A program made the position numbers and the translations under genes. The notes under the pieces were generated by a model. That model was given only the letters and a program-made list of their open reading frames with translations, was not told where the DNA came from and made no database searches. Shown here one piece after another: positions 47,013 through 60,412 of a stretch of DNA of 64,000 nt (position 1 is its first letter; every line of letters begins with the position of its first letter). Source of the DNA: Cetorhinus maximus (Eukaryota); contig NC_135897.1 of assembly GCF_964194155.1 (NCBI RefSeq), positions 48,360,001 through 48,424,000 on the forward strand. Direction: 5' to 3'.

Positions 47013-49679
47013 CTCTCATCAGCCTGAAATGCTGATGTATAATGCTTGAAAAACAGTTATACATGCGAAAAGAAGGTACTCCATAACCACAGCAGCACCA
47101 TAGCTGAAAGCAAAGACCAAGTGCATGGCTGCAGCTTCCATTTTGCTACTGCTACACAGTACAGTACTTTCAAAAAAACTCTAGAAATTTCCTGCCTGTT
47201 GTCCAATGAAGAATTGCACGTAATATTTTCCTGACACAATACAACAATTCAAGCAGGAGTTAGCAATGACAGTTCTAAATGAAGCAGACTTTCACAAGAA
47301 GCTCTGTCTCACCTTAAACCTTTGCAGATCCTTAAGATTTCTGAACACAGTTCCGCCCCTGATGTTCTGCAGTCATCCAGACTTTCTGCCTATGAGCTGT
47401 AAGTGCTACTGATTTTGTTTACCCATTCACACAACTTTCTCAGACATGTTTGCGTTGATGAAGCCAGACTTTGCTGTTCCATTATTAGCACAACCTGAAT
47501 CAATTGTGACTCCTGCCAGCATTCAATTCTTTGGCACATTAAAAACATAAGCATTCAAGCAGTAAGGATCTCAGGAGACCAACATAACACAGCTGCAGTT
47601 TATAAATCAATATAACTTGGTGCATCCTTATGAGATTTTTTTAATTTTTAATTTTTTCAAGTAATTACACAATGCATTAAACAATCTGTGGTTATCCTCT
47701 TCATATGCTGCATTGGGCTATTATGTTTTATTAGACCTGGAAAACACTTCAAATATGTGACCAGACTACTGCCCAATAACTTAAACTTATAATACATAGA
47801 AAACAAACTTACAGAAACACATGCATTTCAAATATATTTTGAATACTAAAGTCTTCCTTTTTAGGGAACTCCTTTTCTTTTATTTTAAACGGTATAAAAT
47901 CTGAAATCTATTCATTAGCTACAGAAATAGAATTTACTTCAGTGTTTTTAGGCTTTAAGAGATGAGTATATGGATTCTGTCACACAGGATTTAAGCACCC
48001 AGAATGCACAAAAGTTCCAGCACACAGATCTTTTATTCCACCGGCCTCAAACCTATAAATACACTTGTGTAAAAGCTTATATTAAAGAAATGAACATTTT
48101 TTTTTACAATGGACGACCATTGCTCCACACTACAAAACACAGAAAAGCCAGTAAGGGCTCAACTCTTCATCGTGAATCAGCAGTGTTGTGGACTTGCTTG
48201 TTAAACAATGTGAACCAGTGTTCAGCTAGCGTGCCAGGTCATGGTCCTGAGTTTTTTTCCTTTATCCCCTTTCCCCAATCTTCACATAATGGAATGGGCT
48301 TTAAATTGGACACAGCAGAGAAACAAAGTTTAAAGACGAAGCGCTCTAGCTAGTTCCCCTAGAACACACGAGCCAGATTGCCTTGCCATCCAGATTCAGA
48401 ACAGTATGCCCTTCTTCTCAGGGCTCCACAGGCTCAGGAGGGATTTGTGTTGCCCAGACTGTCCTTTTGGGTCCTCACCAGCTGTCTCCAATCCTCCTTG
48501 GCTGGTCTCCGGGTGGCATAGGCCTCAGGCTGATCTCTCCTGCTCCTGCTCCATCCCGTTCCTCATGGCCTCCGTCCCCAATCCGCCAGCCTGCAAAGGA
48601 CACCATTTCATGCACCAGAGGGGCCCACAGGGGCCTACCAATTCCCCTGCCCAGTGCTCTCCCCACCATCGCCACCAGGCAGAGGCCCAGCCAACTGAAC
48701 TTTCTGGTAGCCACAGGGTATGCCCCGTGGAGAATACCCTGCAGAAGGCCAGGCCCAGCTTCTGGCCTCATGCCTATGGTGAAAGTCGGGAGCCAGGACC
48801 CAGTGCAACTCCCCCGCTACACATGACTAAAAGATATTGCACATTGCAATGAACGGCTATGAAAAGGATGTAAATTTGATTGCTTGGATAATTGTGTCAA
48901 AATTATTATCTTCATATGAAAATTTTTATTCCAGGTGGTAGCAATAAAATTATGTCTAACTTTAGTTTTGACCATCAAACTTCCTTTGGAGCCACAGTCA
49001 GACATCACAGGATTGGTTTTAACCACCAGCAGGTTTTGGACAGGTGAGGGGGTGGCAAGTGCAAGATGCATTCACAGGCCTAAGCTTGAGGCCCAGGGTA
49101 TTTTAATACTCCGGCCTCATCTGCAACCCCTTAGTTAGCTGGCCACACAAGATGAATGAAAAGCAGCAACTGGTCACTGGGCAAGAGTGGCAGCTCAGGC
49201 AGTCACAGGCCACAGCCAACACCAAAGAAGGGCTCACCAGCAAGTGGACCAGTTGTGGGAGGGGTTTTGAAAATTATCACTCATTCCAGGGTGTTACAGG
49301 GAACACTTCACACATCACGTTGCCTGTAATTCAAAAATGCAACAAGCAGGTAACCAATATTCCTTTATCAGGCCCAATGAATCCCCGATGAACACCAGCA
49401 GTCAAAATTCAAGGGCTCTGGAATTTGCTGCATTGGCTGGCTTCTCTCATGAGCAGAAAGTCATATAATGCATATGTATAGCTAGCAAGGCACCAGAAGA
49501 TCAACTATGAGCATTCATTAAATGGAAAGAATTTCATTCCATCGTTGTGCAACTGCTCTGCGATTATTGAAACAGGATTAAGTGGGTCTATGCCTGGTTT
49601 CCAGAAAGCTTTCTCAATTCTTTCATCATGTGGCAGTCAATTATCTCCCTGCTTATTTAACCCCATCCAGAAATGTATT

Positions 49680-50050
49680 AGTGGATGACTTCTTAGGGAT
49701 AAGATGAGCCCCTCCACACCACTTCACAACCCCAGCACACTTGAATGTCTGAAGACCAACCCAAATCACAGGACCACCAGGATTGAACACACTATCGGCC
49801 TCCTGAAGCAAGGTGCCTGGAGCACCTAGGGGCTCAGTTCAATACACACCACAGAGTGTCATAAATTGTGGTAGAATGCTACATCTTGTATCATTTTGCA
49901 ATCCACAAAGGATTGCACATGGATGAGGCGGAGCAAGAGGAACTCACAATATCTGACAAAGAAGACAAGTGAAGGTTCAGAAGGAGCAAAAGAGAGAAGG
50001 ACACTACAACATCTTGCAGCCAGAGATGAGTTTATTGTTCAGCATTTCAG
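49680..50050 (+). pseudogene. Old Harbinger transposase remnant
   Basis: Frameshifted G*LLRDK, IEHTIGLLKQ and QYTP motifs. Confidence 0.55.
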
Positions 50051-53000
50051 TTGACATGCTCATTCTCCTGAAGTTCTGCACAATTATTTTCTGCTTGAAC
50101 TATCCATGTTACCTCATTCACCACTCTCAATCCCTGCAATAAAGAACATTGAAACTGTTCAACCAATCATCATATACATGGTACATTGACAATACACATA
50201 AGCTGCTGTGAAAGCCCGCTGCAGGCAAAAGTGCAAAACATGAATTATTTAATGGCAACCACAATAATTGCCTTGAATTCATTTCTCGCCCAAAAGTCAA
50301 CCTACAGTGCATTTCTCTAAACTGGTTTGCTAACTCTACTGCTCATATAAATTGCCCATCCCTAGTTGCCCTGAGACGATGGTGATGGGCCTTCTCTTTG
50401 AACTACTTCGGTCCGTGTGGTGAAGGTGTTGTTAGGTAGCAAACTCCAGGATAAAGGATGAAATGTTAAATGTCCAAGTCAGGATGGTATCTGACTTGGA
50501 GAGGAACTTAGAGGCAATGGTGTTCCCATGCCTTTCCTTTGGTGTCAGTGACCCTCTTACGTGGGAGGTGAGGATCAAGTAGGACATGGCTGGCAGTGGG
50601 GCCAGTATGGGAAACCCCCACCAATGGCAGTGACACTGGATTTTCCTGTTACATGTGGCAGATGAACAATGTTAGTACAGAGGGTGCTAGTGGGTATGAT
50701 CACAGCAAAACAGTTGGGATCACGGCCTGAGGAATTTCATAACCAATAGCTTCATCAAATCTACACTTACTCCAAAATTTAAGGGAGAGAATGATATAAA
50801 CAGTTTCCTGAGAGCTTTCTTGAATTGTTGATACCCTATTATTGGTGAAGTAGAGAAGTATCAATAAAAAAAGCTGTTACTGTAACTTAGCAGTAATGTG
50901 TTCACTACATTTCTGTACAATGAGGATTATGATGTTGCAAAGTAAATGATTTTCACTGCTTTTTACCTGACACCAGAAGCATATAACTAGAAATTTAAAC
51001 TGAAGACCATTGTTTCAGAAAACTGATGAACAGATGATGTATTGAAATTGTTTGGAGAGACAAAATGTCATATAACATGATGAAGCACATTGTCAGAGAT
51101 TTTTTAATGGAAGTGACTGTGTGGAATCTTGAATGAGAGCCATATCCTAAATCAGATGGCTGAGTTTGTTGACAATTTCACCAGGGAGTGGTTGAGAAGC
51201 TTCTGGTTCAAATCTGATTGACAGATTCAGTGAAATTGTCCATCAGTCAATCAGCCAGAATCCTGTGAGCCTGTGACAGTACAGTCCAGCAGGTCATGAA
51301 GGACTATTCAAAGATAATTAATTCAATAAGATGAACACAAAAGTATAATTTCTGGTCTGAATGGGAGCCTGTGACCTAGGTGGGAAATTCAGTGCTGTTG
51401 TTAGTTTTAAGGTTACTTATCATCATCAGATTCCTTCAAATTCATGTAATATGATGAAATTTGGCACGAGCATCGCCCAATCATTTTAAACAAACTGTGT
51501 GCACATAGGAATAGTTGGACAATGATATACTTGAATCTAGTGGCAGGACCATCCAAATTCACTGCATTTTGCAGGGGAGTACCTAGTGACATTTGTGCTT
51601 TTCTCATGGACTTGAATTGACTTGACTTCGGTAGCTAATCGTGAGTTAAAAGAAACATTACAACATTCATATCAGCATTTTCCATGTCAAACCATGTCAG
51701 TATACTGCTAATCCCAGAGCTTGAAGTTTGGGTTTGTTATTCAAATTAAACTGACCCGAAACATTGTGACAGAATAAGTGCTTGTGACGTCAGGTTGGTG
51801 AAAGTCTCACGACAAAATAATTCCAACTGGAATCAAAATGCCCTCACTGCATTGGCAGGCTCAGCCCTTAATGACTGCCTTGGCAAGTTCTATCCTATGT
51901 ATGGAAAACATGTCTTCCCAACTTTTCTAATATGCAGTACCATACTTTTATCCCTATTGAACTTCATTTTACATGCACGCAGACATAAATAGATCTACAT
52001 TGCACTCAATATCAGAAAATATGGCCTGCAGTGTCTATGACAAGTGAACAGAAAAAGAGCTGGGTATTCAATAAAGAACTAAAATTTGTGAAGGTCTCTC
52101 CTTGTGATAGAGTCAGAAAATGATAAAGCACAATAGAAGATCTGGCACATTGCTGGTCCCTAATCAATCCCGTCCTTCCTTTGACTGCTCTTTCACTAAT
52201 TATTTGTTTTTAAAAGACTTTTGTGCTCCTTCCATGAATTTGTTCTTATGCTTTCTCTTTCTCTCCTATTCCCTTTTAGATTTCTTCAGTATTTTCTATA
52301 TTTAGCTAGGTTTTCTGTTGTATTATGAATCGTACGTTTGTCACAGCCGTACTTTCTCATCTCACTTTAACCACTACATCTTTAGGGATCTCATTTTGAA
52401 CACCCTTCCTTTCCCCCTCATAGGAATGTCTCTATCTGTACCTGAATCATCTCCTCTTCAAAGGCCTCCTATTGATCAATTACTGTTTTGCCTTTAATTC
52501 CAATCCATCTTGGCCAGACCTCTTTTCAGCTTATTGAGGTTAGCCTCTGCCAGTTAAGTATTTTTATGCTACATTGTTTCTTGTCATTTTCCACAAACAT
52601 TCTAAACTTGATGGTATCTTGTACATTTTATAAAGTCTGCTTATTTAATTGGTTAAAATGCTCAAAGTATTCAGAACATTAAAAGGCACACCTCATGGGA
52701 AATGTAGATCCAGTTTTGTTTCTGTCATTCGCATATACTCAATCTATCCTGAGATTCTGCATTGAAATTGTTGGCTATCTCAAGATAATGAAACATCTCT
52801 TCTGTTTGATAAGCTTGTTATGCCATGTGTGCTTCTTGCTTTACAAGTTAGACTGCAAAATAAGCAAACCTATGTCATTGTGATGACAAAGATAATCACT
52901 GTTTCACAATGAATGTTTTGGAACTTTATGGTAGTAATTTTCTTCTGCTTTGCAACAGGTATTGCTTACTTCCAGGCACAATAGAAAGCACGGAGACAGT

Positions 53001-53873
53001 AGATTTCCTGGGTATCTACCCCACAACCCACCCTCTCATCCCAAGGCCTCCCTTTTTTGGACAGCAGTTAAAAGTATCCAAGACCAATAGCCACTATGCT
53101 AAAAGGCCTGGAAACCAGCAGACTCTCTGACCTGCAGCTACCATTTCCAGGTAAGGCTCTGCAAAGTATCAGGACTGCACCTAGATTGCATTGGGCCTCA
53201 GCTAATATCCTGAACTCACAAACACAAGCAGAATTAGGTGGAGATCTTTAGATAAATCAGGACCTATATGCTCTCCAGTGGCAAGTCCTCTGATATCACA
53301 AACACATCCAAACCTTTGACTCACAATTAAAATCTCTTAGCCTTTTTAGTTTGACATAATCACAATTTAATTTAATGTAAGTTTTTTTATCAAATGATAT
53401 TAGTTTACGAGATTGCATAGTATTACCAGTTAAGCTAACATAAGGGATGGAAATATTTTCAAAGTTATATGTTAAAAGTTATGCCATTGAGTGGGGGCAC
53501 ATAATTCATCCCCCACTCCAATAAGGCTGTGGTGTACCTTCTCCATTGTGAAGAGATGCTAAGTGGACGTCAACTCATCCTTCAGGGAGGGGAAACAAAG
53601 GAAGAAAAGTCACAAAGTTGCAATCCAGCATCTCCAGCAGATGGTTTCACAGCAACTTTGATAGAGGCTGGAGAGTAGGTCATGCACATGCTATCTCGGT
53701 TAGATATGGAGAGTGGCAAGCCTAGGGAAGGGGAGACATTTTTATAAAGCGCTATTCTCAATTCATCAAAAGTCGATGGTTATACTTAAATAAATGGAAT
53801 GGAAAAATTACTAATTTTTAATTAATCTTTTAAATCAACTGAAGCCTGTTGTTCAATTTGAATAAACAACATC

Positions 53874-54213
53874 ACAATATCACAGTATCTTTACAGTACA
53901 GAAGGTGGTCATTCGGCCCATCAAGTCTGCACTGGCTCTTTGAAAAGCTTTCCACCTTGTCCCACTCCCTTTCCTTATCTGCGTAACCTTGCATGTTCTC
54001 TCTTTTCAGGTAGCAATCTAATTCCCTTTTGAATACCTCAATCGAAACTGCCTCCACCACCCTTTCAGAAAGTTTGTTTCAGGCTCCAACCAACCTCTGG
54101 GTGAAAAAGATTTTCCTCGCACCACATTTACTAATTTTGCCAAATATTTTGAATCTATGCTATCTAGTTCTTGAGTTCAAGAGAATCTTGAGCGGGAACA
54201 TTTTCTCACTATT
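53874..54213 (-). mobile_element. CR1 LINE 3' fragment
   Basis: VEAVSIEVFKRELDCYLK and a CR1-type 3' UTR. Confidence 0.75.
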
Positions 54214-54486
54214 TGGTGAGGTTGGTAGACAGTACATGTTTGTTTATATTTGATTTCTCTGTGACGTTCTGTAAATAAATGACCCATGAAGTAACACAAT
54301 TTTCATTTAAAATAAAAACCTTAGCCCAAAAATGACTGTTGGCAATTATAGCAAATACTTAAACGTGTTCAAATTACATTTCTTTTCCCACTATTTTAAC
54401 ACAGAATTGTCCATTTATTTTAATATCAAAGGAAAGTTTCCTATTAAATAAAAACATATATTGCAATCATTAAATGTAGCAACAAT

Positions 54487-55187
54487 GGCCAGAATTTTGA
54501 CTTGGTGGGCGGGCGGGCAGGCCCCACCAGCTCGGCGGCGGGCGGGCAGCCGAAATCCGCCGCCAAAACAGGGCAGACCGTCATTTTACGTGGGCCAATT
54601 AAGGTCCGCCCAGTGGCCTGCCCGACGGGAAGCGCTATGCGCTTCCTGTGCAGGGGGTGGAGGGATTCCCTATCTGTCAAAGTGCGCTCTTTCATGCATG
54701 CGCGCGAAAGAGTGCACTGCTCCCTGAGACTAAACGCTGTCTCAGGGAGAGCGCTGAATGTTTAAAAAACTTTAAAAATAGAGAAAGAGAAACATTATTA
54801 ACATGTCCCCCTCAAGTGACACGAGATGGGACATGTTAATAAATATGAGTGAAGCTTTAATAAACTTTTTTAAAACTGAGATGAAACCTCATCCCGCCGG
54901 TGGGTGAGGTTTCATGTTTTTTCAGAAGCCCGCTGGGGCTCCTGGCCTGCCCGCCAGCCTTAAGGTTGAATGGGCAGGGCCTTTAATTGGCTTAATGATC
55001 TTGTCAATGGCCTCAATGGGCCATTGACAGGTCGGCGGGCGGACAGCTGATTGCGCTGTCCACCCGCCTTTCTGAATATTTAAAGGGACCAGGATGACGT
55101 CGGGAGTTTCCCCCAACATCATCCCGCGTCATTTTCCCGTCGGCGAGCGGGCCTCGCCCCCAAATCGCCGACAGGAAAATTCTGGCC
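54487..55187 (-). mobile_element. Harbinger-type MITE, family A
   Basis: TIR ggccagaatttt / aaaattctggcc; TSD aat. Confidence 0.92.
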
Positions 55188-55303
55188 AATATTTTTAAAC
55201 TTATTTGTGTTAAATAAGCAAAAGCAGAACACAAAAACAGCTACAATAGAATTGTAAATATGCAGAACAAGTGCACTCTGACCAGTGTTGCACCAGATCC
55301 CTT

Positions 55304-57304
55304 GGGCAGAAATTTCACCTCGGCGGGTGGGCACGCACCCGACCTGCTCAAGTGTGAAATGACGGGTGATGATGTCGGGCAAGCATCCCAACATCAACGG
55401 GTTCGGTCAGCGGGCGTGCACAGGAATCGGCAGCGCTCCCGCCGACAATTAGAAGGCCTATAAAGGCCATTAAAGTATTAATTTACTTAAATTTTTCGCT
55501 GCCCGTCCAACCTTACGGTTGCCATGCAGCCTTTGCATTTTTTTGGAAACCTCATCCGTGGGCAGGATGAGGTTTCCAACATCAAATAAAAATAAAATAA
55601 CAGAGTCACATGACGGGACATGTTTTATAACATTTTTAAAATCTTTATTTCTGATTTTTAAAACTCTTCGGACAGAATTTTGCCAGGGTGGGCTCGGCGG
55701 GGGCGGAACTCCCAACGTCACCCTGCCCCATTTAAATTTTCAGGAAGGCGGGGGCACAGCGAAATCAACTGCGTGCCTGCCGACCTGTCTATGGCCAATT
55801 GAGGCCATTGACAGAGCAATTAAAGTAATTAGTGGACCTGCCCGTCCAACCTTAAGGTTGGTGGGCAGGCCAGGAGCCCCAGCAGGCAATAGAAAAAACA
55901 TGAAACCTCATCCACAGGCGGGATGAGGTTTCATGTAGGGTTTTTAAAATTATAATAAAGTTTTTTTGGAAATTATCAATATGTCCCAACTCATGTGACA
56001 TTGTCACATGAGGGGACATGTTAGGGAAATTTTATTTTTCTATTTTGAGCTTTTTCACATTTTGAGCCAATCTCCGAGGCTGCACTTAGCCCCAGGGAGA
56101 TGAGTGCGCTCTCGATTTTGGGGATCCCCCACCCCGCCCACACAGGGAGCACATAGCGCTTATGTGCAGAAGTCACACTGGGTGGGCCTTAATTGGTCCG
56201 CCCACGTAAAATGGCGCCGCGCCTCCGATCGGGGACGCCGATCAGAAGCGTGCCCGCCCATCAACTTCCCCCCCAACGGGAGGAAAATTCAGCCCCATAT
56301 GACAGTGTCGCATGAGGGGACTTGTCAGGGAATTGTTTTTTCTATTTTTAATAATTTGTACATTAGAGCCGATCTCCCTGAAGCAGCTCTTAGCTGCATG
56401 CGTGAAAGAGCGCACTCTCAGGTTTAGGGATTACCCCCCGTCCATACAGGGAGCACTTCCGTGCAGATGTCACACTGGGCGGGCCTTCATTGGCCCGCCC
56501 ACATAAAATGAGGGTGCGCCCCTGATTGGAGGCGCCGATCGGAGGCACGTCTCCGCGCGCCCGCACTTCAACATCCCCCCGACGGCGGGAAAATCCTGCC
56601 CATAATCGAGCTGCCTCAGGGAAATGAAACATTAAACTTTATTTTAAAAAAAATAAATAATATAATAAAACATGTCCCCTCATGTGACTCTGTCACATGA
56701 TCAGGGACGTGTTATTAATTTAATTTTTAATTTTAGTTTAATTTGCTTTAGGAAACCTCATCCCGCCTGTGGATGAGGTTTCCTAAAATGTGGAAAGGCC
56801 GCATGGCCTTTTCGCCTGCTCGCCAACTGTAAGGTTGGGCAGGCAGTGAAAAATTTAATTTAATAACCTTGTTAATGGCCTTAACAGGCCTTTTAATTGT
56901 TGACAGGCACATTGCCAACTCTCATGCGCACCCGCCGAACGAAACCACATGACTGTGCGTTGACATCGGGATGCTCTATGGCGTCAACGCACATCATTTT
57001 ACGCTCAAGCAGGTCAGGTGTGTGCCCTCCCGCCCAGCTAAAAATTTTTGCCTTTCATGTCCCTGAGACAGCTCTGTGCCTCAGGGAGATTTGCAAGCAC
57101 TCACTCAAGCGCATGTGCAAAGTTCCCCACTCGCCCTCCTCCCCCGCCTGCACGGGCAGCGCTGAGCGCTGCTGCTCGTGTTTCACCTGGGTGGGCCTTA
57201 ATTGGTCCACCAGTGTGAAATCATGATCTGGTCCCGATCGCAGGCAGTGGTCATCTTCCCGACTGCCCCTGCCGAGCCCACCTGACAAGGGCAAAATTCT
57301 GCCC
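55304..57304. mobile_element. Nested cluster of Harbinger-type MITEs
   Basis: Outer TIRs at 55304 and 57304. An inner block 55670-57053 is flanked by ttc. Further TIR ends occur at 56295 and 56601. Confidence 0.8.
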
Positions 57305-57317
57305 TTTGAAACATATG

Positions 57318-58039
57318 GGGCCAGCTAGAACTTCTGAATTCTGGATGTTCGCACCTTGAAGGTAACCCACAAGATGCACAGGGGAAGTCCTTGGAAGCCT
57401 TGACGCACTGACTACGCAGGAATTGCCCAGGAAGTTTGGACTTCCGATGGGCTGTTCCCCACATCTGGAATCCTACGAAACTCTGAGTTAGAGTCGGAGA
57501 CTTCAGATGGTTCCGACTTATTTACCAGAATAGTTACCCACGAATAGTTAGGAGGATTAAAACCAGTTCTAACTCCTGGGTAACTACTACTAACCCCTAA
57601 CTCCCCAACTAACACCCCTGACCCCGACACCTCCGGACCCACCCTACATCTTCACCCACTTACCCGTCACCCTACCCCATCACCCATCCACCTACCACCC
57701 TACCCCCTCACCCACTTACCCTACATACTTACCTTCTCTCCATAGCTTCTCAAAGTGGCTTTGGGACATTTAAACTTACCAGAATACGGCAGCTAATGCC
57801 ATAAAAAGGAGGCATGTGCTTGGCTTCCCCCGATGATTCTGCACTACAAAGGAGGACTCCCACAACAGATATGTTCCGCATTTCTGAAGATTGCCACTCC
57901 ACTCCAACTTTCTTATCTTGCACTGGAACTCCGCAGTTCGGAAGTCCAGGTGGGAAATGCAGAGTTCCAGTGCAAGATAAGGAAACTGGAGTGGAGTGGC
58001 AATCCGAAAGTGATTGCCATTCCTTGGAAGATTCGGCCC
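57318..58039. mobile_element. Non-autonomous TIR element, family C
   Basis: Shares ggaattgcccaggaagttt, ttagagtcgg and ctttgggacatttaaact with 38204-39013. Confidence 0.7.
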
Positions 58040-58762
58040 ACAGTATCATATTTAAAGCTAGATATGCATTCAGCATGACATCTCAACCTTCATTTGGGAC
58101 ATGGCCGCATGGTGACAAAAGTTAGCTTATTGGGGCCTTTATACACGGCATTGGTTTTGCACTGGGAATACAATTATCTAAATGAAAAATGGCAAAATCC
58201 CCACCCACGGTTACTTTTCATTGTGTTTTTTAGTTCAGACATTATAATCCACAATTTTGTAGCTTGCTAGGTGTTGTCGTTAACCTTCTTCATCAATCTT
58301 GCTGATTCTCTTTTAGTTTCTGATTTTGTATGTGACAGCGACTGGGTGTGAAGATAAGAGCAGTGGACAAACCATGCAATCTAATCATATTTTAAAATAA
58401 TTTTTAGAAATAGTACTTTGAGTTATTACACTTTTTAAACAAAATGGCTTTACTTCATTATTTTCTCAAACATAAAATGAGGTAATGGGTCCTGTAGTTG
58501 AGAGTACAAAATGACCTTAATTTGCTGCTTCAGGTTGTTACACTTTTATAGTTTTGCATACAGAGAATTGCTCAGGGGATAAGACAAGAACAGAGAAAAA
58601 TACATTCTACAAATTCTGACATTAAAATAGAATCTAATAGCATTTTATATGAATGATATACAATCTATAGCTTCCTTAAGTGCTTGAGGAATATAATAAT
58701 GTATATTCAAGCAGAAAAACAATCCTAGCATCACTTACAGACCTTGTTTGTAAGCAAGTTTA

Positions 58763-59757
58763 TTAACTGAGTGTAACTGTTGAACAGGCGGTGCTTATTG
58801 CTGAGTTCGTCAGTGACTGTGAAGTTGGTGGTGCACTCTTGTCATTTGTATCAGTTTTGCCCTTAACTAATTCCTCTGTGTTCCTTTCTGGCTTCAATAA
58901 GATAATATAACATTTAGGAACAAAAAGACAAGCCAGCAAGCCAAAGCTGGATGCCAAAATGGCAAACATTTCAACAGCTACCATATATTTACCCCGAGTG
59001 CTTAAATAGGCTGGGATAAAAGAAATCCAAACAATAAAAAAGACAAGCAGGGCAAAGGTCATAAACTTGGCTTCATTAAAGTTATCAGGTAATTTCCGAG
59101 CAATGAAAGCAAAAATAAAGCAAATAGCAGCCAGTAATGCATCATATCCTAACACACAACACAGGAACACTACAGAGCCTTCATTGCATTCCATAATTAT
59201 TTTGATATTTTGAGACTGTGTATTCTTGATAGGGTAAGGAGGTAGAATTAGTAACCAAGCTGTACAGAGACAAGCATGGCATAAGACAAGGATCAATGCA
59301 ATAATTCTTTGCTGAAAAGGGCCTAAAAGTTTACTTTCTGTGCCTTCAGGTGATTTTGCTTTGGTTGCTTTGGCTTTGAGCATCAGATTAACAGCCTTTG
59401 ATAACATACATGAAAGGCAGGTAGCAAAGCTAACAGCAAGAAGAACCTGTCGTGTCATACAAGACCATGCTACTGGCAAGCCAACAAAGACGATTGCACT
59501 GAGAAAGCATATAACTAGTGAAAATAACAGCATAAAGCTCAGTCCACGATCATTAGATTTGACAAGGGCAGTATTCTTTCGAACCATGTAAACCACAGCA
59601 ATGGCTGCAGCAGTGCAGGCCCCAAATATTGATAGTGCTATTAATGTCATTCCCAAGGCATCATTATAACCAAGGTATTCAATCACTTTATGTACACATT
59701 CATCTCTGTTTTCATTGGACCAGTAATCTTCAGGGCACTGAATACATTCCCTCGAAT
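58763..59757 (-). CDS. Terminal exon (end of Cys-rich domain + 7TM + C-tail) of a class C GPCR, V2R/OlfC receptor most like family C (Vmn2r1/OlfCc1)
   Basis: Acceptor tttgacag and a phase-1 exon, open for 330 codons: CIQCPEDYWSN, VKSNDRGLSF, KNTQSQNIKIIMECNEGS, ARKLPDNFNEAKFMTF, SFIPAYLST, AVEMFAILASSFGLL, PKCYIILLKPERN. No upstream exons were found in the window. Confidence 0.93.
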
Positions 59758-59972
59758 CTGTCAAATAAACATCAAAATATTGTTATGCAGTTGATATATA
59801 CATATGTACTATTTATTTTCACATTTAGACCTGCAATATACTGTTAATTCTACTTAAATATCTCAAATGGCTATTACTTTTGGTAAATATACACAATCAA
59901 CCCATCACTGTTGTAGTGTTAACGGTTGATGTGCAGTGCTGCTTTTCTCTTAACTTTTAATCCAATTAAATG

Positions 59973-60290
59973 AGCTCTTGTGGTACAGTGAGTAATGTCA
60001 CCCTGTCTCTGAGCCAGAAGCTCCAGGTTTAAGCACCTGCCCATCACTCAAGGAAGATACCTTTGTAACGCAGCCAAACAGGTTGATTATCAACCTGCAA
60101 ATCCTTCTAACACACGCCAATGGTAAGTGGTAAGAGGGGGAGAGATTCCTGGTCAGCCATGTGATAGAAAAAAAATTGGAGTCTCTACCATCATTACCCA
60201 AAAGTTCCAGACTACAACATGACTGTAAAGTTCATGTTGCCATAGCAACTTGGCCTACAGGAATGAATTTTAACACACCACTACCGAATG
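59973..60290 (+). mobile_element. tRNA-derived SINE-like remnant
   Basis: A-box-like tggtacagtgag and B-box-like ggtttaagcacc at tRNA-like spacing. Confidence 0.45.
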
Positions 60291-60412
60291 AGAAACATTT
60301 ATTTACTTAAGAAAGCTGTTCCCCTGCCCCCAGTCCAGGTCATTTTATTATAAGTCGAATAAATATCAAATAATCTTACTTTATTTGTAAAGGGTCTCAT
60401 TTTTCACTCATA

